Part shown: in pieces, positions 53,441 through 64,000 of the stretch
How positions within the stretch are numbered: position 1 is the first letter of the stretch
Layout of the letters: the number at the start of each line of letters is the position of its first letter
From: Octopus sinensis
Lineage: Eukaryota
DNA length: 64,000 nucleotides
Direction: 5' to 3'
Assembly (NCBI RefSeq): GCF_006345805.1
Contig: NC_043004.1
Location: 46,314,001-46,378,000, forward strand
Made by a program: the position numbers and the translations under genes
Notes under the pieces: generated by a model
What the model was told of the DNA's origin: nothing
The model's input: only the letters and a program-made list of their open reading frames with translations
Databases searched by the model: none

Positions 53441-54960
53441 TTGTTGTTGTTGTTGTTGGTGGTGGTATTGTTGTTCTATACGGTAAGTCATACGTCTTGA
53501 AATTATTTGCAATTTTCTTGTCACAATTTGTTGAACTTTTGGCATTCCCTCAGACGTGCTCAAAAAACTGGTGACCTGAAGCTCCACAATATGCTGCTGG
53601 GGCTGTACAGCGCTTGCTTTCTAATGCATGTGTACGCCATATCTTCAAGTATGCCCTGATTGTCAACACTTACTAAAAGATGGGAATGTAGGAACTACCG
53701 GTGCGTTTTTTCTGTTGGTCATTGCTGGCAATGTGCTAGCAAGAATCATTCGCAACCGACTGAAAAATATTTCAGAATATGTCTTACCAGAGTCATAATC
53801 TTCACAAAGCAAAAGACAACAGAAGAAAGCAGCGTAGCAACAGCAACTCCTCTTCCAGGTGTTTGTGGACTTTCCCAATGCATTTGAAAGGTTAGACGGC
53901 GAAACCCTTCGGTAAGTGCGAGATATTTATAGATGCCTTAAGAAGCTCGTTAACATCAAGTAGTTCCTCAAATGAATGAAAGGACTTGTCTCAAGTTACA
54001 GAATACATAGTGAAGCCTTTGTAGTCAACCATGCTGTGATGCAGAGATGCCTGCTTGTCCCTGCGCACTTCTTTCTTTTCTTTGCTGGTGTGCTTGACGA
54101 CACGAGAGTCAATCTGCACAAAGTGGTTTTAATCCATACCAGAATAAATGGGAAGATCTTCAACTTGTCCCAACTTCGTGCCGCCACCAAAATTAGGGAA
54201 ATTTTTTTCGCGGGGTTGATATGCGCAGACGACTCAGTGCATATGGACAACAACATCCAGAATATGCAACACACTATGGACTGGTTATCTTGTGCAACAG
54301 ACATGCTTGGACTCAAGAGCAACTCTTACCAGCTTCCAGCAAATTGTTCTAATAGATCAAGAATACCCGAGCCAGGGACAGTACATGGAGATCCTTTTAA
54401 CTACAGCTATGGTTTTACCTATCACAGTGAATACTCCCGCTTCCGACCTCGAATTTGAAAGACGAATGCAGCCTGTCACAAATGCTTCTGACTCGACCGT
54501 GAAGTGTTTATGGGGCTGTCATGATATTGTCCACAACACGAAGATAAAGGTGTGCATTGCCATAGTGCTTCCTTGATATCATCTCTTAAAAGGAATGAAT
54601 ATCACTCTACCGCAATTCAACCTCATTTTTCTGTGTTCCTAATTGCATATCAAATGACATGATCGCATTCCTACTACACGCTGAGCTGAAGCAGTTTGTG
54701 TGGAGGGGTTCTATTACCTCATCGCATCGCAGCTGCACTGGGTGGGGCATGCGTGCGGATAGAAGACAACACATTCCCAAAGTCTTCTACTCTGAACTGC
54801 ATCGGAGCAGACATCCCTGTGATGGCTAGATGTTGCAATACAGGGACGTGATGATAAGACATATGAAGAATTCTTGCAAATCCCCAGTCACATGGAGGAG
54901 AAGGCCCTGTGCCACGATGACTGGCACCAGACATTGAAGTTCCTATTTCCAGGCACTGAA
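53291..54960 (+). mobile_element. Decayed RTE-clade LINE (RT and downstream region)
   Basis: NYRCVFLLVIAGNVLARII.NRL..VLPES, VDFPNAF, GKIFNLSQLRAATK..LICADD, WVGHACRIED..PKVFYSEL. Confidence 0.85.
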
Positions 54961-55043
54961 ATAAACAAGAAAGGGAATATACACACATACGTATATATGC
55001 GTGTGTGTGTTGAGTGTGTGTATGTGTGTACTTGTGTGTGAGC

Positions 55044-55079
<36 letters not shown>

Positions 55080-55257
55080 ATAAATATTAGGGAATAAGTC
55101 CAAATTTACAGGGAAAAATCAGATTTAGGATTGAATCCAATTTTATAGTAAAATATTATATATTAATTAGAGACAAAACCACTATTATGCAAATCAAACA
55201 AAGAAAGACTTAAGCCAATATATAAAAAATTTTATATTGATTAAATATAACTAAAAT

Positions 55258-55311
55258 AACCACTACGATCGTTTCGTGTCAGCACTTCTATGAGACATTC
55301 TTCAGGTGGTT
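55258..55311 (-). ncRNA. Type I hammerhead ribozyme
   Basis: Mirror copy of 55349-55402. Confidence 0.85.
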
Positions 55312-55348
55312 TCAAAACCTTCTTTGCAAGTTTTAAAGAAGGTTTTGA

Positions 55349-55402
55349 AACCACCTGAAGAATGTCTCATAGAAGTGCTGACACGAAACGATCGTAGTGG
55401 TT
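55349..55402 (+). ncRNA. Type I hammerhead ribozyme
   Basis: AACCAC-CUGAAGA-A UGUC ucauagaagugcu GACA C-GAAAC GAUC GUA|GUGGUU; perfect 6-bp stem I; palindrome ACGAUCGU. Confidence 0.85.
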
Positions 55403-55498
55403 ATTTTAATTATATTTAATTTATATAAAAAATTTTTATGTTTTGGCTTAAGTCTTTCTTTGTTTGATTTGCATAATAGTGGTTTTGTCTCTAGTTAA

Positions 55499-55597
<99 letters not shown>

Positions 55598-56013
55598 TTA
55601 TTTATTTATTTATTTATTATGATCTCAAAAAGAATTCCACTGCAGGATAAATATCGAAGGTAATTGCCCAGCCACCGAATGACCATTTACTATTTGTCTT
55701 GACTTTCTACGAGGGAGCACCTATTTTGTAATGAAATCCACAAATGATAAGCAAAAACTGACATTAACGCAAATAAGATATTCATCAAAAGTTTGCCTGA
55801 TCAAGACTAGTCTGGGACTGGCTTCACAACAACAAATTGTCATATATATAAATTAATAAATATATGTGTATGTGATCCCAGATGTACATATGCACACGGA
55901 TCTATATGTTCACTTTACGAATATGTTTACAAAACGAGACAATTCGATCTGGTTGCCCCACAAAAGTCTAACCTAAGAGCATTAGATGCTTTTTGTAAGA
56001 AAGCTAACGAATG

Positions 56014-56065
<52 letters not shown>

Positions 56066-56215
56066 CAAAAGAAAAACAGAACGCAAAGGATTTTGCGTAC
56101 ATATGTTTCGGGCTTTATTGAACAACTTATATCAATGCATAATTGCACCTATATCACTAGCTGGCATATACAGTTGCTTACAGTTATCAAGTATTCACCC
56201 TGAATTTTTTGTACC

Positions 56216-56250
<35 letters not shown>

Positions 56251-56962
56251 ATCAGTACTTTTGGACCATATGAATATATACGTCTCAGATGTATCTCTGT
56301 GTATCTATATTATTAACACATTTGTCTGTCTGTTTCTCTCTGTCTTTCTGTCTCTCTCTCTCTCTATTTCTCTCTCTCTCTCTCCCTCCCTTTCTGTACA
56401 TAGTTAGTAAGTGAGTTAGTGTTTTAGAGAGAGTACCTTTAGTTATACATATACGTAAACATGCAGAAACAACTCTATTGATACACACGTATATTCTCTT
56501 ATACAGTGGGAACGCATATATTGATTGATTTCAATGGACATCAGTGAAGGCACTTAACAAATTAAGGACATGCCCCTTCATCAAAGAGCTTCTGGAGATA
56601 TTTATCTGTAATCTATAATAAACAACCAAATTAAGCGCCCTCCAACCTGTCCAACTGGTCTGTGTAAATTATTTGCAAATCCCCATAAACTTGATTAAAG
56701 TTCTACCTATAACAATGCAGCTGCATAAAAGAAAATTACGCTGTCTGTATGGCAGATGTCCGTTTCGACTCGTTGTTGTTGTTACAGTGTTATAAATAAT
56801 GTTAGAACGACGCAGCTGAGTAAATATCGTGCTACTTACAATGTCTTTCTGCGATGAGCTGGATTAGTTTAAAGTTAGATAGGTTATAGAAAATTTACAT
56901 ACATACACGCACACACATATATGTGTCTGTGCATGCCCTCATATATATATATGCATAGAAAG

Positions 56963-57057
<95 letters not shown>

Positions 57058-57077
57058 ATATATGGAAATATGAAATG

Positions 57078-57122
<45 letters not shown>

Positions 57123-57651
57123 TTATGCGTGCATGTATATACACGCACATAGTAAATATGCTAAACGTTCGTGTCTAGGGCCATTCATCGCAACACATAA
57201 GCCACTTAAATAAATGACACGTCTTATTTATGCATTTTTATAGTAATTCTGGAGATCTCATTATACTGTAAAAGGGAAATAAATGCTTACTTCTATCATA
57301 TAATCTTTTGCAGCCTAACGAAATCGGAAATGGAATACTTTACCTAAATATTACTCTGTAATAGGTGTGTTAAATAAAGAAAATGCTTTGATGAGTCCCT
57401 TCGCAAGTAATCATCATGGGCATTTTCTTATTTCTGGACAGATTTTTTAAAATTTTCGACTCGCTTAACTCCATCACATATTTATCTTATATCCACATGT
57501 AGCAGCTCTGTATATTGTGAATTGTGGATTATTTTCTGGAAGCAAGCAGAATCCCTAACGCGCCGAACAAAATATTTAGTGGTATTTCGCACGTCTTTAC
57601 GTTCTTATTCCTAATTCCATCGTGGTCAATTTGCCTTGCCTTGCATCCTCT

Positions 57652-57708
<57 letters not shown>

Positions 57709-57710
<2 letters not shown>

Positions 57711-58583
57711 ATTAATCAATATTAGGGTAGCAAAAAATTCATTAGAAATTATTTTGCCACCAGCGGTCTAGTGAGAAAAAGGAAATAGTCAGAGACTATT
57801 AATAATTTCAACAACAAATTGAGGAACGGCCATAATAGGCCGTTCGACCCACTAGAAGAAGCAGCCAGGGCTTCAACCGCAAATAGTAGTAATTCCGTAA
57901 ACAGAGGAAAATTAAAAAAAATGACCCTGTTCATCTTTAGATTGCGTTGGCCTTTGGAAGATTGACTTGATTTAATTTAATCAGGCTGGTTTACCATTAA
58001 AAAACGCTGAAACAATGCATTGTCTAAAGATGAACAGGGTAAATGTTTTTTAATTTTCCTCTGTTTACGGAATTACTACTATTTGCGGTTGAAGCCCTGG
58101 CTGCTTCTTCTAGTGGGTCGAACGGCCTATTATGGCCGTTCCTCAATTTGTTGTTGAATTTATTAATAGTCTCTGACTATTTCCTTTTTCTCACTAGACC
58201 GCTGGTGGCAAAATAATTTCTACTGAATTTTTTGCTACCCTAATATTGATTAATTGATAATTTTCTGATTAATTCCGAAATGGAATCGGCAGCTTATATT
58301 TGCTGCCGATAAATCGGCGCGAGTACGATGATTTGGAAAATTTTAGGTCAGATATTGCCGAGGCATTAAGGTAGCTGCCTCGTGTAATTTCTCTCCCTCC
58401 TGGCTCCTTTACTGATGAATTGCGTTGGCCTTTGGAAGATTGACTTGATTTAATTTAATCAGGATGGTTTACCATTAAAAAACGCTGAAACAATGCATTG
58501 TCTAAAGATGAATTTACAGAATTACTACTATTTGCGGTTGAAGCCCTGGCTGCTTCTTCTAGTGGGTCGAATGGCCGCTCCTC
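57709..58583. mobile_element. Retrozyme-like element, 478-bp monomer, sister family of 1061-3290
   Basis: Minus arm 57709-57940, plus arm 57941-58583; predicted cleavage sites 58024 and 58502 are 478 bp apart; (TA)n on both flanks. Confidence 0.88.
58407..58507 (+). ncRNA. Type I hammerhead ribozyme
   Basis: CUUUA-CUGAUGA-AUU GCGUU..AACGC U-GAAAC AAUGCAUU GUC|UAAAG; palindrome ACAAUGCAUUGU; nested hairpins cuugauu/aaucagg and augg/ccau. Confidence 0.85.
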
Positions 58584-58657
58584 AATTTGTTGTTATATAT
58601 ATATATATATAATATGTAATATATATACATACCATATTAGATATGTACATATATACA

Positions 58658-59097
58658 CAAGGGTACTACATGAGTACCTATATCACTAATGATAGGAGTC
58701 AAAACATACTTCTGTACCACCGAATAGTCACAAATCCATTACAGACAAGATAGGAAATAATATCAGTGAACAATAATAATGTCTTACTCCAAATGGGTCA
58801 GAACAAGGAAATGCAGGTCAACCTGGTACCGATTTCGAAATTTAGCGCGAAATCGGTGCCTGATTTCTCATCAGCCAAAGTCCACCAGCTAAAATACTAC
58901 TAACTTTCTCCCCCATCATACCTGCAAAAGTTCGTTTCAATTGACCAAGCACCGTAGGAACAAGCGAAATGTGTAAAATTATTTATAAATAAATATTTTT
59001 CCTATCTTTTCTGTAATGAATTTGTAATTATTCGGTAGTACAGAAGTATTTTTTGACTTCTATCATTAGCGATATAGGTACTCATGTAGTACCCTTG
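58658..59097. mobile_element. MITE with about 70-bp TIRs (Tc1/mariner-like, TA context)
   Basis: caagggtactacatgagtacctatatc..cgaata at the left, reverse complement at 59030-59097. Confidence 0.85.
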
Positions 59098-59301
59098 TAT
59101 ATATATATATGTACTTATCTAATAGTGTAAGATGTATTTTAATAATTTGCCTGTACGGCTGATAATTCGCTTACCACTTGTGATGGTATTTTAATAATAC
59201 CATCCCTATATTTATATATATATACATGCACACATGCACATACATACAAACATATATTAATATACAATATATATGTATATATATTTAATATGAATATACA
59301 T

Positions 59302-59387
59302 GCATTGCTTGGTGTAACGGCAACACAGTCGCGTTAACTGTGGGATATGGGTTCGAGTCCTACGTGGCTAGGAAAGCCTACTTTTTT
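59302..59387 (+). other. tRNA-like Pol III cassette (pseudo-tRNA or SINE head)
   Basis: A box TGGTGTAACGG, B box GGTTCGAGTCC, T6 at 59382-59387; acceptor stem does not pair. Confidence 0.4.
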
Positions 59388-59914
59388 GTCGAGGGCTTAT
59401 ATGCCTCACTATTGGATTATTTTCCTTAGTTATTTCACGGTGATCGCTATAAAGTTTAGGCTTATATAATTACTTTTACTATTATTTACAGCACGGTATA
59501 TCAAAACCATTCACACAGAAAACATATATATATATATAAGATGATAATGTATTTTCGAAGCAAACAGCAATGGCTGTTTTTTGAGAAATTTTCCCGTTCT
59601 GTAACAGTAATTAACCCAATATTTATACTGATCTAACGGCGTTTCTGTGTTCCAAAATAATTGCATAATTATAATACAATAATAATTGCATAATAATAAT
59701 AATAAGGATAATAATAATATTAATATTAATAATATATATATGCACACACACATATATATGTAAGTATGTATGTATGTATGTATGCATGCATGTCTGTATG
59801 TATGTATGTATGTAATTATTTATTCTTAATAGAATTTAGGATAAAATTGCGTTAATGATTACATCGAGTGGCCAACACGAAATATAACCTTGTAGGTAAT
59901 TAATATACCAAATA

Positions 59915-60435
59915 AATAATTATATATAATTATATAATTATATTAAAGAGATCAGGAAAGAACATTCTCGCTAAAGGCACTAAAAAACACTCTATAGCCC
60001 CTACAAAACCAAAATAAGTAATAAAGTATGTTTGCACCTGATTGAATACGCATTTCCTGCGAGGTTATTTCTAAACGAAACACGTGGTTGATATGAAAAA
60101 CAAAAGAAGAATTTGACTTGATCTGGTGCATACACACAAGTGTTTTGGATCCGTATGAGTATGTATATGTATAAGTATCTGTTATTATGTTCTTTGAATT
60201 GTGCTGATGATAGGAAATAATCTTGTTTATTGCTTTAATCCCAAAATTGGATCCAATACACAATTCCCCTGTGAAGTTTTATTGGGTATTTTTCATTTGC
60301 CCGCATACATCCTGTGTATTTATAGGAGTTATGCAGTCGCTTTTTTTAGCGCCTTTGGCGTCTACTTTCAGCGTGCTGGAGAAGGTTCATTCCTGATCCA
60401 TTTAATATAATTATATAATTATATATATAATTATT
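59915..60435. mobile_element. Element with imperfect inverted ends carrying a disabled HHR (60196-60266, +)
   Basis: 59915-59990 is the reverse complement of about 60340-60435; GAAUUGUG-CUGAUGA-..AUCCCA-[G missing]AAA UUGGAUCCAA UA|CACAAUUC. Confidence 0.6.
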
Positions 60436-60437
60436 AA

Positions 60438-60650
60438 GGCGGCGAGCTGACAGAAACGTTAGCACGCCGGGCGAAATGCTTAGTGGTATTTTTTCTGCCG
60501 CTTCGTTCTGAGTTCAAATTCCTTTCATCCTTTCGGGGTCGATTAAATAAGTACCAGTTACGCACTCGGCTCGATATAATCGACTTAATCAGTCTGTCCT
60601 GTCCTTGTTTGTCCTCTCTGTGTTTAGCCCCTTGTGGGTAGTAAAGAAAT
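60438..60650 (+). mobile_element. SINE family D
   Basis: ggcgagctgacagaaacgttagcacgccggg..gagttcaaattcc..gccccttgtgggtagtaaagaaata. Confidence 0.85.
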
Positions 60651-60744
60651 ACATACATATAATTCTTAATTTAGTATGCGTATAGATATATGTATGTGCG
60701 AGTGTGTATATACATACATGCATATATATATATACATATATATT

Positions 60745-60955
60745 TATTATATAGAAGGAGCTTCTACAGGACTAGTACTGTTTCATTCAAGAGAAATCTT
60801 CAGGAAGCTATTTAACAAGAATTGTATTAGCATTTATACATTTAGGCAGGTTTAAAGGAGTGGTGGTGGGGGACTTTTTGGGGGTAGGCATAGCGCAAAA
60901 TATCATACTTGGGGGAGTGGTCAAGGAGTCAGTGGTAAGTTAGATGAAAGAATAT
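60745..60955 (-). mobile_element. Inverted PLE 3'/pLTR segment upstream of the Naiad-like element
   Basis: C-rich sense strand ending in an HHR and (TA)n; shares about 60 bp with 41050-41113. Confidence 0.6.
60759..60809 (-). ncRNA. Type I hammerhead ribozyme
   Basis: AGCUUC-CUGAAGA-U UUC UCUU GAA U-GAAACAG uacuaguc CUGUA|GAAGCU; 6-bp stem I; palindrome ACUAGU in loop 3. Confidence 0.8.
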
Positions 60956-61054
60956 AAATAAAAAAAATAAAATAATAAAAAATAAAAAAAAAAATAAAAA
61001 ATAAAATAAAAATAAAAAATAAAAAATAAAAAATAAAAAATAAAAAAAATAGAA

Positions 61055-63090
61055 AATCAAATAAGGCCCCTCCTACCAACAGCCTACTTGAACCGTTTTT
61101 GAAGAAGACCTCTTCCTCATGATAAAAAACATCAAATTCAGGAGAGTCAACTTACCTTTCCAAACGGAACTGAATGCGAAGCTTTCGAAAATGAAAAGCT
61201 CCCAGAACCTCCATGTCCCTTCGGACAAGACAAAAAATATTTATGCGGTGACTCCGGATACCTATAATAGACTAGCCGATAACGCCATCACAGCTAAATA
61301 CAAGAAAGTAGACGACGCAGCGCTAATTGAAACCAACTTGGCCGGGAAAGAGATTGCCACCTCCCTTAAAATCGACGACCGAACAGAACCCCTGAGGGTG
61401 AAGTCCCCACACTTCACCCTGAAAGACCACAAAGACCATTTCGAAAATAAACCGTCGGTCCGTTTGATTAACCCAACCAAGTCTGACATCGGATCCGTCA
61501 GCAAGAAGATCCTGGACAGGATTTTACCAAAAATGCGTGAAGCTTCACCCCTTCCACTCTGGAATAGGACCTCCGAGGCAATAACCTGGTTCCGGGATTT
61601 ACCAGATAAAAGCAACACCCGATTCCTACAACTGATATCGAGGATTACTACGCCTCTATATCGGAGAGCTTGCTGATCGATGCGATTAACTTCGCCAGGA
61701 GGTCCTCCACCATCACCGAGGCCGAGCAAGATGTGATCCTCCACGCACGTAAGACTTTTCTTTTCTATGACGGATCCCACTGGATCAACAAAAAATCTGT
61801 GACCCCCTTCGACGTCAGCATGGGTGCTAACGACTCTGCTGAAATAAGTGACCTAGTGGGCCTTTTCATCCTCCATAGGCTGAAAACCATATTCACAGGC
61901 CTCTCCGGTGGTCTTACCGAGATGACGGCCTTTTCGCCCTCCACAATATAAACCCCAGGACCACGGATGGGTTCCGGAAAAACCTTCACACCTTCTTTAA
62001 AAACTTAGGCCTTAGGATTACCCTAGAATCCACTTAACAAAGGCTAACTTCCTCGATGTCACCCTCGACCTAAAAACCTCACTTTATTACCCGTACCACA
62101 AACCAAATGAATCCCTTAGATATATAGATATCAATTCCAACCACCCCAAAAATATATTAGATAACCTAGTAAAAAGTGTCTCAATTAGAATCTCTAGCCT
62201 GTCCGCCACGGAAGATATCTTTAAAGCCGCAGCCCCCTATTACAACGAGGCCTGGCCCGCAGTGGTTTTAAAGATAAGATTACCTACACTAGTATAGCCC
62301 CACGCCAACCCAGGAAAAATAGACGAAGACACATTAGCTGGTACAACCCCCCCTTCAACCGTGAGGTCGCTACCTGTAGCTAAGATCTTTTTCACTCTCC
62401 TACAGAAACACTTCCCCACCCAACATAAGTACTACACCTATCCTAAATAAGAACACTATTAGACTCTCCTACTCTACCACGCCCAATCTAGCCAGGAACC
62501 TAGCCAACAACAATGTGAAAAAACTTAACATATCTACTTTCTCCGGGGCCCATCCAACGTCCGATAGCAGTTGCAACTGCCATGATAAAACCACCTGGCC
62601 CCTCAACAACAACTGCCTACAGAGGGACCTAGTAGATAAAATGCGAGGTAAGATCAGGCCTTGACGATAAAAGTAAATCCTACATTGGAATGACGTCAAA
62701 CAGCTTTAAGACCCGCTGGTACGCACATACACACTCGTTCCGGCGACAGGATAAATCCACCAAACTACCCTCCGCCCACATCTGGTACCTTAAAGGAACT
62801 CAATCCCCTTCAAGACCAAGTGGAAACTACTACAGAAGGCGCGCTCGTACACAGGAGGACATACCTGCTGTGACCTATGCATATCAGAGAGCCTAGAGAT
62901 CTTGTTCGCCAAGGCCCTCTCCTTAACAAATTTTCAGAACACTCCCCTAATTGCATGCATAAGAAGTATGCGAACTACAAGAACTATAGACCTACCGGCA
63001 ACCTGATTGATGACAACCCCCCCCTACAAACCCCCCCAACCCCACTGTTCCCCTAGCACCCCCGATTACCTTCTCTCCTAAGACCTTTCA
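61055..63090 (+). mobile_element. 5'-truncated Penelope-like element, Naiad-like (RT + C-terminal GIY-YIG), frameshifted
   Basis: FTLKDHKDHFENKPSVRLINPTKSDIG, Q-LDIEDYY, FDVSMGANDSAE, GL(Y)RDDGL near 61910-61930, CNC..PL.NNCL, SYIGMTSNSFKTRW..H..SF, CDLC, LLNK.SE..CMH. Confidence 0.88.
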
Positions 63091-63099
63091 CATATTGTA

Positions 63100-64000
63100 T
63101 GTGCACGCTTGTATATGGGTATCGTATGTATGTATATAGTATAGAAATGCATGGGTACAGTAGGAATATACGCATGTATTATGTGTGTGTGTGTGTATGT
63201 ATGCATGTAAAAAAATATATAATGTATATGTGTTTGCATATATGAATATATATATATAATATAATATATATTATATGTATGTGCTTGTTGTATTGTGCGT
63301 GGGTGTGTTATATATGTATATGTGTTTGTACGTATATGTGTATACGTGTAAATGTATGTGTTTCTGTATGTGTATGTATGTATAAAATATTATATAATTA
63401 GGGCTTAGTAAAATAAAATAAAATAAATTACTTTGCCACATACTAAACTTTCTAGAAATAGCAGCCAATAAAGTTTTTAGCCTCTTCCACTACTTAGAGA
63501 ATTTTTTCCTCTAACATTGTTTACTCAAAATAATAATGGTCCCTTTACATACTGAATTCTTGGTGAAGTTGATTAATAACTAATTAACGTTACCCTCCTT
63601 GTGATATATATATGTATGTGTATGTGTACATGTATGTATATATATGTGTGTGTGTGTATGTGTGTATGTATGTATTTGTATATGTGTGTGTGTTGTTATG
63701 TATGCGCGCGTGTATGTGTATGCATGTGTATGTATATTTGTATATGTATGTGCATGTGTATGTGTATGTGTATATATATGTATATGTATGTATATATATG
63801 TATAATATGTATATATATATATGTGTGTGTATGTATATGTATGTATATATATGGTGTGTATATGGTTTAGTATGTATTTATATAGATATGTATTGTTATA
63901 TATGTATGTATGTATTGCATCTGTCTGTGTGTGTGTATGTGTATATATGTGTATCATTATTGCGTATGTATACATGTATATGTGTATATGTATGTGTGTG
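63100..64000. repeat. TA/TG low-complexity microsatellite region
   Basis: Direct reading. Confidence 0.9.

Larger units (their letters stand above)
55080..55505. mobile_element. Head-to-head inverted HHR repeat (about 170-bp arms, 9-nt spacer 55326-55334)
   Basis: Arms about 55152-55325 and 55335-55505; (TA)n on both flanks. Confidence 0.9.

Noticed and set aside
58820-58880. Minus-strand UUGG-CUGAUGA-GAAAU..AUUUC-GAAAUCGGUA|CCAG inside the MITE
   Set aside because: It fits a minimal HHR loosely, but a stronger 13-bp hairpin (ggtaccgatttcg/cgaaatcggtgcc) competes and the context is a DNA-transposon MITE; probably chance, though a folding check is cheap
62565-62900. Selenocysteine codons in the Naiad-like endonuclease
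   Set aside because: Conserved Cys positions read TGC/TGT, with one TGG; no in-frame TGA at a Cys site was seen

Overview
AT-rich, microsatellite-dense eukaryotic DNA made almost entirely of repeats. The SINE repertoire and composition suggest an octopus/coleoid cephalopod genome (inference). I recognise no host protein-coding exon, and most ORFs in the supplied track are translations of (TA)n/(CA)n/(AAT)n/(CCT)n tracts. Recognisable decayed mobile elements are: R4/Dong-type RLE LINEs sitting in (TAA)n tracts, Tx1/L1, RTE and CR1-like LINE fragments, a Helitron with a Pif1-helicase remnant joined to a second Helitron, Tc1, maT-like and Tigger/pogo transposons, MITEs, a Gypsy integrase scrap, a candidate solo LTR, four or more tRNA-derived SINE families, and a Naiad-like Penelope-like element (RT + GIY-YIG). 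The striking signal is roughly 19 type I hammerhead-ribozyme (HHR) motifs found by eye, in at least 8 repeat families. They include three tandem or inverted arrays of non-coding 473-, 478- and 506-bp monomers (1061-3290, 57709-58583, 19373-20250) that look like retrozymes. These carry an HHR with an enlarged stem II and a palindromic stem III, the 473- and 478-bp families differ by compensatory base changes in several helices, the inversion junctions fall in or beside the ribozyme, and most outer ends lie in (TA)n. All folds were read manually; no folding or database search was run.
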